Source: Allosphingosinicella sp.
GTDB taxonomy: Bacteria; Pseudomonadota; Alphaproteobacteria; Sphingomonadales; Sphingomonadaceae
NCBI GenBank assembly: GCA_035563315.1
Contig: DATMVG010000103.1
Span: forward strand, 14,602-78,601
Direction: 5' to 3'
Length of the DNA stretch: 64,000 nucleotides
Every line of letters starts with the position of its first letter. The first letter of the stretch is position 1. The notes under the pieces are model-generated. The model worked only from the letters and a program-made list of their open reading frames with translations. It was not told the DNA's origin and did no database searches. Made by a program: the position numbers and the translations under genes. Positions 26,148-35,176 of this stretch are shown here, in pieces.

Positions 26148-26507
26148 ATGGCAGTAACCAAGGGAAGCGCCGGCACCGCTGCGCCGGCCAGAAGCAGGGG
26201 CGCCGCCGCGACGGTCGCCCGCAGCGTCGATACTCGCAACGTGAAGACTTCCGATCGTCCCGGCGTGCCCGACACGGCGGGAATGTCCGAGGACACGTTG
26301 AAAGCGGCCGCCGCCACGGACATGGAGGCTTCGGGCGCTTTCCAGGAACCGGAGATCAAGTCGAGGATCGACGTCGACCATCCTGCGGTCGACAACGCCC
26401 CGCGTCAGGGTCAGCCCGCGGACGCGAATCGCATCGACTTCAACGACCCGACCAAGACTGGCGCCGAAGCCGTCGCGGACAATATGAAGGACCAGGGCGG
26501 CCGCTGA
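26148..26507 (+). CDS. Phage hypothetical protein (head module)
   Basis: AAGGAG RBS; between capsid and connector genes. Confidence 0.7.
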   Translation: MAVTKGSAGTAAPARSRGAAATVARSVDTRNVKTSDRPGVPDTAGMSEDTLKAAAATDMEASGAFQEPEIKSRIDVDHPAVDNAPRQGQPADANRIDFNDPTKTGAEAVADNMKDQGGR

Positions 26508-26528
26508 GCCGGCGGACGACCGGAAACC

Positions 26529-27155
26529 ATGGGGCCGACGGGAATGAGATATTCGATCAGGACCGTCGGCCCCCTCGCTCCGGCGGAGGTCATCCCGCCG
26601 GTCATCGACCTGGCGGAGGCGAAGGCGCATCTGCGAGTCGACTTCGACGACGACGACGACCTGATCTCCGCCTATCTGGCGGCGGCTCAGGACCATGTCG
26701 AGCGGCATACCAGCCAGGTGCTGACGCCGCGCGAGATGGAGCTTTCGCTGCACGGCTTTCCCGCCGCCTCGAGCGGGCGGTGCGGCAGCCAGGACATCGT
26801 CATCCCGCGCGAGCCGGTGACGGCGATCACGGCGATCTCCTATGCGGACGCCGACGGCGTGGCGGCCGAGCTCGACGAGGCCGACTGGCGGTGGAGCGAG
26901 GGCGCGGCGGACCTGGTCCTGCCCACCTACGGCACAAGCTGGCCGACCGCCTATGACGAGCGCGGCAGCGTCAGGGTGAGGTTCGAGGCGGGCTATGAGG
27001 AAGGGCTCGCGCCGGCGTCGCTGACGGCGGCGGTGAAGCTGATGCTCGGCCATCTCTATCTGAACCGGGAGAGCGTGGTGACGGGAACCATCGCCACCGA
27101 GCTGCCGGCGGGCATCGCCGCTCTGTGCGCGCCCTATCGGCGGGTGATGCTTTGA
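26529..27155 (+). CDS. Head-tail connector (HK97 gp6-like)
   Basis: LAEAKAHLRVD.DDDD.LI, AVKLMLGHLYLNRE. Confidence 0.9.
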   Translation: MGPTGMRYSIRTVGPLAPAEVIPPVIDLAEAKAHLRVDFDDDDDLISAYLAAAQDHVERHTSQVLTPREMELSLHGFPAASSGRCGSQDIVIPREPVTAITAISYADADGVAAELDEADWRWSEGAADLVLPTYGTSWPTAYDERGSVRVRFEAGYEEGLAPASLTAAVKLMLGHLYLNRESVVTGTIATELPAGIAALCAPYRRVML

Positions 27156-27179
27156 TGGGGATGAGCGGGAGGCGCGAAG

Positions 27180-27542
27180 ATGCGCGCCGGTAGGCTGAGG
27201 GACCGGGTCACGCTTCGGCGGCAGACGAACATCGAGACCGGCAAGGGCGGCTATACGCAGGCGTGGACGACGGTGGTGGGAATGGAGCGGATCCACGCCG
27301 AGGTAATCGGGCAGAGCGGCCGCGAGTCGGTGATCGCCAGCACGCTTCAGGGCGTCGCCACCTACCAGATCAATATCCGCTTCCGCTCGGGCGAGACGGC
27401 GCCGCAGGCGAAGGACCAGATTATCTGGCACGCGCCTGGCGGCGACGTCGAGCTGAACGTGATCGCTCCGCCGGTCGACCGCTACGGGACCCGGGTGGAG
27501 CTGCAAATCTTCGCCGACACTTCAACACCACAGGGAGCATGA
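27180..27542 (+). CDS. Head closure protein
   Basis: MRAGRLRDRVTL; position. Confidence 0.85.
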   Translation: MRAGRLRDRVTLRRQTNIETGKGGYTQAWTTVVGMERIHAEVIGQSGRESVIASTLQGVATYQINIRFRSGETAPQAKDQIIWHAPGGDVELNVIAPPVDRYGTRVELQIFADTSTPQGA

Positions 27543-27544
27543 AT

Positions 27545-27751
27545 ATGGCCGACAGGAAGACCGAGCTGGTCCACGCGACCCGCGATTTCAGCAACGCCGC
27601 CATCGGCAGCAAGAGCCGCAACGAGGAGTTCCAATACGACCTCGACGGCGACCCCGAGAAGCTGGGCAAGCTTGGCCTGGTGAAGAAGGGCCCCGCGCCG
27701 AAGGACGATTCGGCGCCGCCCGCCGCGGCGGCGGATAAGCCGGGGAAATAG
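27545..27751 (+). CDS. Phage hypothetical protein
   Basis: GGGAG RBS; fills the operon. Confidence 0.6.
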   Translation: MADRKTELVHATRDFSNAAIGSKSRNEEFQYDLDGDPEKLGKLGLVKKGPAPKDDSAPPAAAADKPGK

Positions 27752-27752
27752 G

Positions 27753-28226
27753 GTGACCGTTCGAGGGCGCCGGGTGCGGGGCGACCGGGCGTTCACGCGC
27801 CTGATGCGCCAGCTCCCGGAGTCAGCCCGCGAGGAGGTTGTCGCCGATCTCGACGCGGCCGGCGATCAGATACTGGCCGCGCAGCGCGCGTCGGCGCCGG
27901 GGCGAAGGTTGCCGGCGGCGCTGTCCAAGCGGGTCTACCGGCGGACGCTTCGGCTGCGCGTCGGGCTGCTCGGGCGCGCCGTCAACCGCCGGCTGTTCTT
28001 CGCCGCGATCGTCCATGGCGGCCGCAAGGCGCAGACGGTGCAGGCCCGGCGTTCGACCAGGAGCGGGAAGATCAGCAGCTACCAGTTGCGGGTGCGCGCG
28101 AAGGCACCGCAGCCATTCGTCTTCTCCGAGCGGGTTCGCGCGATCCGGAACACACTGGGCGGTCGGATCAGGACCTTCTGGGAGCGGACGCTGGCGCGGG
28201 CGGCGCGAGGAGTGGGCGATGCCTGA
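27753..28226 (+). CDS. HK97 gp10-like neck protein
   Basis: Basic; FFAAIVHGG, QPFVF; position. Confidence 0.7.
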   Translation: MTVRGRRVRGDRAFTRLMRQLPESAREEVVADLDAAGDQILAAQRASAPGRRLPAALSKRVYRRTLRLRVGLLGRAVNRRLFFAAIVHGGRKAQTVQARRSTRSGKISSYQLRVRAKAPQPFVFSERVRAIRNTLGGRIRTFWERTLARAARGVGDA

Positions 28227-28608
28227 CCTGAAGCTGGCGGCGCAGGTCGCGATCTACGAGGTGCTGAGCGCTCTGCCGGCGCTCGCGCCCTTCTACCAGC
28301 ATGTGCCCGGGGAGACGCAGCCGCCTTATTCGCTGATCGGCGACATGAGCACGACGCCGATGGGCGGCAAAAGCGGCGGCCTCGACCGGATCGACTTCGA
28401 AATCCTTCATTATGTGCGCGAGCCGGGGCGGGAGTTCCTGACGCCGCGCATGGCCGCCGCGCGCGAGGCCCTGGAGGGCCAGGCGCTGACCGCGGACGGA
28501 GTGGAGCTGTCGCCGCCCGTGTTCGAAGGCGAGGACGACGGGCTGCTCGAGGACGGGCAGACCTACGAAGGCGTGCAGCGCTTCTCGCTGTTCGCCCAGC
28601 CTGCATGA
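28219..28608 (+). CDS. Tail completion protein (DUF3168-like)
   Basis: AQVAIYEVL, YQHVP...PYSLIGD; position. Confidence 0.8.
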   Translation: MPDLKLAAQVAIYEVLSALPALAPFYQHVPGETQPPYSLIGDMSTTPMGGKSGGLDRIDFEILHYVREPGREFLTPRMAAAREALEGQALTADGVELSPPVFEGEDDGLLEDGQTYEGVQRFSLFAQPA

Positions 28609-28634
28609 TTTTCTGAAAGCGAGGAGGAAGGACG

Positions 28635-29075
28635 ATGGGTAAGAGGCTTGGCAACGACCGGCGGCTCTGGGTGAAGAATGCCGCCGGCACGACCTATTAC
28701 GAGGTGAAGGGCAATCAGCAGCTGTCGATCAGCCGCTCCAGCGCCACGTTCTCCACCGGCACGAAAAGCGATTTCCCCTACGATCCGCAGTCGCCGGGCA
28801 CCCGCGCGCTCACGCTGCAGGGAAGCTTCCTGCCGGACCTGCCGGACGCGAATGGATATGAGCGCATCATCGAGGTCGGCCGCGCCGGCACGATCGCGGC
28901 GCTCGATCTCCAGGTCCGCAAGGGCGGCAGCGCCGGCGCCGATCCCGCCGACGTCGAGTTCGAGTGTTCGATGTTCGTCACGCAGGACGACAGCACCGCA
29001 AACCAGAACGCCCCCTACGAGAACAACTTCACCTTCGTCATGGCGGCGGCGCCGACGGTGGACGAGCTGAAGTAA
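28635..29075 (+). CDS. Tail tube protein
   Basis: Strong GAGGAGG RBS; beta-rich; position before TAC and TMP. Confidence 0.8.
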   Translation: MGKRLGNDRRLWVKNAAGTTYYEVKGNQQLSISRSSATFSTGTKSDFPYDPQSPGTRALTLQGSFLPDLPDANGYERIIEVGRAGTIAALDLQVRKGGSAGADPADVEFECSMFVTQDDSTANQNAPYENNFTFVMAAAPTVDELK

Positions 29076-29482
29076 TGGCCGACTTAGAGAAAGCGACCGA
29101 CGTGAACGCGCGGGGCGAGCTGACGATCGACCTGGGCGACGGCGGCGAGCTCGGGCTTCGGCCCGACCATGAGGCGATCGTCGCGATCGAGGCGCAGCTG
29201 CGGCCGCTTCGCCGGCTCGTGGTCGACGCGAACGACATGGCGCTCACTCTCGTCGAGCAGGCGGTGATCACGACCGAGCTGATGCGCGGCTACGGCCGCG
29301 CCCATCCCGACGATCCCCGGATCGCCACCTATCGCGAGGCGCAGCCGAAGCGGATCGGCGAGCTGATCCACGAAGTGGGCTCGCTCAAGGTGTGCCCGCG
29401 CCTGCTGGTCGTCCTCGCGGGGGCGCTGACCGGGGGCTATACCGCGTCGGGGGAAGCGAAGCCGAAGGGGAAGACGGCGTAG
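29075..29482 (+). CDS. Tail assembly chaperone
   Basis: LRPDHEAIVAIE; between tube and TMP. Confidence 0.8.
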   Translation: MADLEKATDVNARGELTIDLGDGGELGLRPDHEAIVAIEAQLRPLRRLVVDANDMALTLVEQAVITTELMRGYGRAHPDDPRIATYREAQPKRIGELIHEVGSLKVCPRLLVVLAGALTGGYTASGEAKPKGKTA

Positions 29483-29634
29483 ATCCTCTTCGGCGCAAGC
29501 AGGGGCTGGCGATGGCGGCGTTCCACTGGACCGCCGCCGACTTCTACCGATCGACGCCCCACGAATTTTTCAGCGCCTATGAGGCGCTCAGGGAAATGAA
29601 CAAGCCGCCGGAGGATTCCGGCGGCGGCAAGTGA
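29449..29634 (+). CDS. Tail assembly chaperone C-terminal extension (-1 frameshift product)
   Basis: GGGGGAA at 29449-29455; -1 frame encodes AFHWTAADFYRSTPHEF. Confidence 0.7.
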   Translation, partial: GGSEAEGEDGVDPLRRKQGLAMAAFHWTAADFYRSTPHEFFSAYEALREMNKPPEDSGGGK

Positions 29635-29649
29635 CAGCGGAGAGAGCGA

Positions 29650-32097
29650 ATGGCGGCAGCCGGTCAGCGCGACGTCAGGCAGCTGCTGCTGCAGGTCGAC
29701 GCCTCGGTCGCGCTCGCGCAGCGCAATGTCGCCCAGCTGACGGCGCAGGTGCAGCGCGATTCCGACCGGATGGACCGATCGCTGGCGGGAGTAGACGCGG
29801 CGACGGCGCGGCTCGGCGCCGGCTTCTCCCGGCTGCAGAACCTGGCCGGATCGCTCGGCGTGTCGCTCGGCGTGGGGGCGGTGGTCAATTTCGGCCGGTC
29901 GATGCTGGGCGCGGCCGACGACCTTCAGGCCGCCGCGGACCGGGCCGGGGTCGGAGTCGAGCGGTTCCAGACGCTGCGCGAGGCGCTGCGGACGCTCGAG
30001 GTGCGCGGCGAGACCGTCGACAAGATGTTCGAGCGGCTGCTGTCGACGCTCGGCGACGTGCAGAACGGGGTCGACAACGGCTCCACGCAGGCGATCGAGC
30101 GGCTCGGGATCAAGCACCGGATCCTCAACGGCGAGATCGCGACCTCCGACCAGCTGCTCGACGCCATCGCCGAGGCCTCGCAGCGGGCCGGCTCGCAGGC
30201 GCAGTTCGCCTCGGAGATGGCGGCGATCTTCGGGCGGCGGATGTCGGGCCAGCTGGTGCCCGCGCTTCGCGACGGCGGCGGCGCGCTCCACGACCTCGAG
30301 CAGGCGCTGCACGACAGCGGCAGCGTCGTCGAGGAAGAGATCATCGCCAAGTTCGCCGCCGCGAACGAAACGCTCGACCGCTTCTGGGCCTCGAGCCAGC
30401 GCAACGCCATAATCTGGTCGGCGGCGATCATCGCCGAGATCGAGGAAGTCGGCCGAGCGATCGAGGACAGCCTGCCCGACCTCGGGCGGGTGTGGGACAA
30501 TGCCGCCTTCGCCTTGTCGATGGCGGCCGGCCAACCCGACGTGTCGATCCTGCTCAACCGCCCCGCCGAGACGGCGGCCCGCGCCGAGCAGGAGCGGCGG
30601 CGGCAGGCGCGCGAGGCCCCCTGGTGGGTTCGCCCCGACGCCCCGTGGTGGGCGCAGGCGCCGGAGACGGGGCCGGCGCGGATCCCTCCGCGGCCCGACC
30701 AGTCGCGGGAGCGGCAGCAGCGGACCGAGCAGCAGGCGTGGAACGACTTCGCCGCCGAGCTCCGGCGCCGAGGCGTCGAGATGACGCCCGGCGGCGGGCA
30801 CCGGACCGCAGGGCAGCAGCGCGCCATCTTCGAGCGCGGCCTTTCTCCGCTCGACGGCTATTCGCGGCCGTCGCGCCACCAGAGCTGGCAGGCCTTCGAT
30901 CCGAGGTCGAGGACCCATAACGAGCAGGCGGTGCGCGAGGCGGCTGCGGCGGCCGGGCTGCGCGGCTTCGAGATCGTCCGCGAGAGCCGGGGCCGGGTCC
31001 ATTACGAGTGGACCGGGCACGGCCGGCGGGGCGAGCCGGACTTCTCGACGAACCAGGAGACCCGCCTCGCGCAGATGCGCCAGCAGGTGGCGGGCCTGCG
31101 CGGCGAGTTCGATCCCGCCGCCGCCGCCGCGGCGGAGCTGGCCGAGCAGATCGCGACGATCCGGCGACTGATGGCCGACCCGGCCTCCGGCCTTGGCCGG
31201 GAAGAAGGCGAAAGGTGGATCGACGAGGCGCGCTTCCGGGGCAGCGCGGGGCGCCTGAGCGGGGTGCTCGGCGGGCTCGACCCGATCGAGCGGGACGAGC
31301 GCGAGGCGAGCGAGCGGCGGGACCGCGACCGCGACTCGATCAAGAGCCTGAACCGCGACGCCGAGGACCGGCTGCACCTGCTGCGGATGGAGATCGACCT
31401 CGGCGGGGTCGACGAGACCCAGCGGCGGCGGATCCTCGCCATGGAGGAGCAGAGGCTGGAGCTTCAGCGCCAGTTCGGCCCCGAGCACCAGCAAGAGATA
31501 GAAGCGATCCTGGCCACAGCCGCGGCCGAGGACGCGCTGCTCGGTCAGATCGAGGAGGTGCGCGAGGCGCAAAGGGCGGTCCGGGAGATCGGCCGGCAGA
31601 TCGTGGCCGACCTGGCCAGCGGCTTCGCGGCGGCGGCGATGAATGCGCGCGACCTCGACGACGCGATCGACGTGATCGAGGACAGCCTGCTTCGCGCCGG
31701 CCAGGCGCTGCTCGAATCGGGGCTGCTCCACCTGATGACCGGCGGGCGGGAGGGCATCGACCTCGGGTCGCTGCTGGGCGGGCTGGTCGGCATCGGCGGC
31801 GGCGGCGCGGCCAAGGTGGGGAGCGGCAAGGCCGGGGGCGGCGCGGTGTTCCCCGGCACGCTTTATCCGGTCGGCGAGCGCGGGATCGAGCTGTTCGCGC
31901 CGAAGGTGCCCGGAGTGATCATCCCCAACCACGCGCTCGGCAGCGGCGGGGGAAACACGGTGCAACATTTCCATTTCCACCAGAAGATCCAGTTCGAGGG
32001 GGTCGCGGTGACCGAGGAGCAGCTCGGGCGGGGCCTCGCGGTGGTGAAGCACGACACGATCGAGGCGGTCCGCCAGATGCAGCGGCGGGCGGCATGA
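29650..32097 (+). CDS. Tape measure protein with internal peptidase-M15-like domain
   Basis: Helical Ala-rich; C-terminal KAGGGAV..G..YPVGERGIELFAP; internal SRHQSWQAFD...HYEW. Confidence 0.85.
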   Translation: MAAAGQRDVRQLLLQVDASVALAQRNVAQLTAQVQRDSDRMDRSLAGVDAATARLGAGFSRLQNLAGSLGVSLGVGAVVNFGRSMLGAADDLQAAADRAGVGVERFQTLREALRTLEVRGETVDKMFERLLSTLGDVQNGVDNGSTQAIERLGIKHRILNGEIATSDQLLDAIAEASQRAGSQAQFASEMAAIFGRRMSGQLVPALRDGGGALHDLEQALHDSGSVVEEEIIAKFAAANETLDRFWASSQRNAIIWSAAIIAEIEEVGRAIEDSLPDLGRVWDNAAFALSMAAGQPDVSILLNRPAETAARAEQERRRQAREAPWWVRPDAPWWAQAPETGPARIPPRPDQSRERQQRTEQQAWNDFAAELRRRGVEMTPGGGHRTAGQQRAIFERGLSPLDGYSRPSRHQSWQAFDPRSRTHNEQAVREAAAAAGLRGFEIVRESRGRVHYEWTGHGRRGEPDFSTNQETRLAQMRQQVAGLRGEFDPAAAAAAELAEQIATIRRLMADPASGLGREEGERWIDEARFRGSAGRLSGVLGGLDPIERDEREASERRDRDRDSIKSLNRDAEDRLHLLRMEIDLGGVDETQRRRILAMEEQRLELQRQFGPEHQQEIEAILATAAAEDALLGQIEEVREAQRAVREIGRQIVADLASGFAAAAMNARDLDDAIDVIEDSLLRAGQALLESGLLHLMTGGREGIDLGSLLGGLVGIGGGGAAKVGSGKAGGGAVFPGTLYPVGERGIELFAPKVPGVIIPNHALGSGGGNTVQHFHFHQKIQFEGVAVTEEQLGRGLAVVKHDTIEAVRQMQRRAA

Positions 32098-32741
32098 CCC
32101 GGAGCCTCGACGCGGCGCTGGCGACGGAGATCTCCAAGCCCCACCTCAACCCGTTCCTCGCCGTACACCTGGCGCTGCCCGACCCGGTGTGGGCGTGGAC
32201 CGGGCGCGGGACCTTGCTGTTCGCCGACGAAGCGGGCGTCGAGCAGAGATGGACGGGGACCGGCGGAATCGGGTCGGTCGACCCGATCGGCGAGGCGACC
32301 GACGGCTCGGCGGTTGGGTACAAGATCACCCTGTTCAACGTGCCGGGCGAGTTCCGCGACGACATCGCGGAGCAGGTAACCCGGGGCGCCCGGGGCGAAA
32401 TCTATGTCGGGTCGCTCGACCAGGCCTATCAGCAGGTCGTCGCGGCGCAGATGCTCGCCCGGGGGCGCGTCGACGACTACCGGATCAGCGATTCGGGAGG
32501 GTCGATCGCGGTCGAGGTGATGATCGAGAACCGCTCGATCGACCAGCGCCGGCCGGCGATCCGCCGCTTCACCGACGAGTGGCAGCAAAGACGGTTCCCG
32601 GGCGACAAGTTCTTCGAGTTCGCCGCTCAGATGAACGGGGTCAAGGTGATGTGGGGGCAGGCCGAGCAGGCGGCGCCGCGCGGCGGCGGAGGCGGCGGCT
32701 CGGGCGCTCGCGGAGGGATCGGCTTTGTTCGGCCCTTCTGA
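32094..32741 (+). CDS. Tail tip/hub protein (DUF2163-like)
   Basis: WTGRG.L, RFTDEWQQRRFPGDKFFEF; position. Confidence 0.75.
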   Translation: MTRSLDAALATEISKPHLNPFLAVHLALPDPVWAWTGRGTLLFADEAGVEQRWTGTGGIGSVDPIGEATDGSAVGYKITLFNVPGEFRDDIAEQVTRGARGEIYVGSLDQAYQQVVAAQMLARGRVDDYRISDSGGSIAVEVMIENRSIDQRRPAIRRFTDEWQQRRFPGDKFFEFAAQMNGVKVMWGQAEQAAPRGGGGGGSGARGGIGFVRPF

Positions 32742-33072
32742 GCCCGACTGGCGGACGAGGCATTGCGCCGACGCCGCGGCCGAGGCGGTGCTGAGCGCGA
32801 GCGGACGCGACATATGGGCCGAGCTCGGCGGCTCGCCGCGAAGCCGGCGCGAGGCCGCGGCCCTGTGCCGGCGGCTCGGCGCCGGCACTCTGGCCGAGGC
32901 GGTCACGGCCGTGCTGGGCCCCCCGATCGACCGCAAGCGGGCGACGCGGGGCGACGTGGTGATGGTGCGCGGGGCGCTCGGGGTGTGCGGCGGCGACGTC
33001 GCCATCTGCCTCGGCGCGAGCGTGAGGATGAGCGAGGCCGAGTTGGCCTGGCCGGCGCGGGGCAGGGGCTGA
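32725..33072 (+). CDS. Small NlpC/P60-like tail assembly protein
   Basis: DW...HCA..AAEAV...G.D, ATRGDVV; position. Confidence 0.6.
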   Translation: MFGPSEPDWRTRHCADAAAEAVLSASGRDIWAELGGSPRSRREAAALCRRLGAGTLAEAVTAVLGPPIDRKRATRGDVVMVRGALGVCGGDVAICLGASVRMSEAELAWPARGRG

Positions 33073-33075
33073 ACG

Positions 33076-35151
33076 ATGGGCAAGACGGTCGTCGCCGTCG
33101 CGGGCCTCGCTTTGGGCGCGGTGGCGATGGCGATCGCTCCCGGCATCGGCACGGCGATCTTCGGCAAGGTGTTCATGGCCACCTTCCTCGGCTCGATCGC
33201 GACGGCGGTAATCGCCGGAGCGATCACGGCGGTCGGCATGTTCGGGCTTCGAGCGCTCGGCATCGGAGCGCTCGCGGCGCCGAGCACGAAGGGGCAGACG
33301 TCACCGATCGTGGTCAGCCAGTCGCTGACCGATTCCTACCTCCTCTACGGCAAGCGCCGGGTGATCTACCTGAAATGGGTGTTCTTCCACTCCAAGGTGG
33401 TCGGGGGCGTCCATACGCGCTGGTTCGTCTTCGCCGTCGCCGGCCACCCCTGCCAGGGCAATCCGGAGTGGATCGTCAACGACGAGCCGGTGACGGTCGA
33501 CGGCGCCGGCAAGGTGACGAGCGGAGTCTATGCCGACCATCTCTGGCTGTGGTTCGACCGCGGCGAGGACGACGCGACCGCCAACGCAACCTTCGTCGCC
33601 GAGTGCGACGGCAAGTGGACGACCGACCATCGCGGGCGCGGAGTCGCGAAGATCTACATGAAGGCCGAGATGACCGAGGCGGTGGTCCAGGCGGGCTTCG
33701 CGACGCCGTCGCCGGTGATCGAGGGCAAGGACGACATATACGATCCGCGCACCGGCACCTACGGCTACAGCCGCAACGCCATCCTGGTGACCTACGACTG
33801 GCTCAAGCTGGCGCGCGAGGAAGGCGGCTTCGGGGCCTGGCCGGAGGAGATTCCCGACGACGACTTCATCGCGGCCAACGCCAACGTCTGCGACGAGGTG
33901 GTGAACGGAGCGCCGCGCTACGCGCTCGACGCGGCGATCGTGACCGGCGCCGCGCCGAGCGAGCTGCGCGCGGCGATGGTGCTCAACATGGCCGGGCACC
34001 ATTGCTACCAGAACGGCAAGGTGATCGTCCGCCCCGGCTATTTCGTGCCGCCGACCGGCGAGTCGCTGTCCGAGGCCGACCTGGCCGGGCCGATCCAGGT
34101 CTCGCCCTTCCTGCCCGGCGACGTCGCCGCCAACCAGGTGCAGGGCAGCTTCATCGACCCGGCCAACAACTACCAGCCGATGCCGTTCACAACGATGGAG
34201 ACGCCCGGGGCGGTCGACATCGCGCAGATGGACCTCGACCTCGCCTTCACCACCAACAAGGACCAGGCGGACCGGGTGGCCAGCATCATGCTGAAGCGGG
34301 CGCAGGCCGAGAAGACATTGCTGTGGCCGATGAACCTGGCCGGCCTCGCCTATCAGGCGCTGGACACGGTGCAGGTGGCGACCGAGCGTTACGGCCTGTC
34401 CAACTATGCCTGGACGGTGACCCGCTGGAGCCTTGCCGTCGGCGCCGAGAGCGTCGACGTGGTGATGAACCTGCGCGAGGAGAATCCGGAGATATACGAT
34501 CCGCCGGCGGTGGCCGCAGCATCGGCGCCGCCGACCATCGCCCAGGCGAGCCCGGTCAACCCGGCGACCGACGCCGGCAGCGTCAGCATCGCGCCGCCGG
34601 GGAGCATGACCGCGACCGACGTTCAGTCGGCGGTCGAGGAGCTCGAGACCGGCAAGGCGCCCAAGGCGAACCCGACGTTCACCGGCCTGGTCAGCACCGC
34701 GGGGCAGATCAAGTTTCCGCCGGTCCAGGCGGCCTCGGCCGATCCGAACACGCTCGACGATTATGAGGAAGGACCCTTCACGCCGATCCTGCTGTTCGGC
34801 GGCAATGCGGTCGGGATGACCTACAACTCGACCAACGGCCAGCTCGGCCGCTACACCAAGATCGGCCGGATGGTCTATATCGACGTCCGGATCGTGCTGA
34901 CCGCGAAGGGCAGCTCGACCGGGATCGCGACGATCACCGGCCTGCCCTTCACCGCCGCCGCCCACCCGACCGCATCCGGGGCGGTCCGGGCCAGCGCCAT
35001 GGTGAGCGTGGCGATGCCGATCTACAATATCGGGCCGTCCAACGCGACCATCGCGCTGATGGATTTCACCGGCGGGTCGGAGGTCTCCCTGACCGACGCC
35101 GACTTCAGCAACAATTCCTACCTCCTGATCTCGGCCGCCTACGCCGTCTGA
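33076..35151 (+). CDS. Central tail tip protein (J-like) with C-terminal fibre-like domain
   Basis: N-terminal hydrophobic segment, LLYGKRRV, YDPRTG, NQVQGSFIDP; C-terminal ANPTFTG and LDDYEEG.FTP. Confidence 0.85.
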   Translation: MGKTVVAVAGLALGAVAMAIAPGIGTAIFGKVFMATFLGSIATAVIAGAITAVGMFGLRALGIGALAAPSTKGQTSPIVVSQSLTDSYLLYGKRRVIYLKWVFFHSKVVGGVHTRWFVFAVAGHPCQGNPEWIVNDEPVTVDGAGKVTSGVYADHLWLWFDRGEDDATANATFVAECDGKWTTDHRGRGVAKIYMKAEMTEAVVQAGFATPSPVIEGKDDIYDPRTGTYGYSRNAILVTYDWLKLAREEGGFGAWPEEIPDDDFIAANANVCDEVVNGAPRYALDAAIVTGAAPSELRAAMVLNMAGHHCYQNGKVIVRPGYFVPPTGESLSEADLAGPIQVSPFLPGDVAANQVQGSFIDPANNYQPMPFTTMETPGAVDIAQMDLDLAFTTNKDQADRVASIMLKRAQAEKTLLWPMNLAGLAYQALDTVQVATERYGLSNYAWTVTRWSLAVGAESVDVVMNLREENPEIYDPPAVAAASAPPTIAQASPVNPATDAGSVSIAPPGSMTATDVQSAVEELETGKAPKANPTFTGLVSTAGQIKFPPVQAASADPNTLDDYEEGPFTPILLFGGNAVGMTYNSTNGQLGRYTKIGRMVYIDVRIVLTAKGSSTGIATITGLPFTAAAHPTASGAVRASAMVSVAMPIYNIGPSNATIALMDFTGGSEVSLTDADFSNNSYLLISAAYAV

Positions 35152-35176
35152 CCTCCTGTTCGGGAAGCCTGCAAGC

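Noticed and set aside
20807-35151. Gene transfer agent rather than prophage
   Set aside because: att sites, integrase, repressor switch and replication genes show an autonomous temperate phage.
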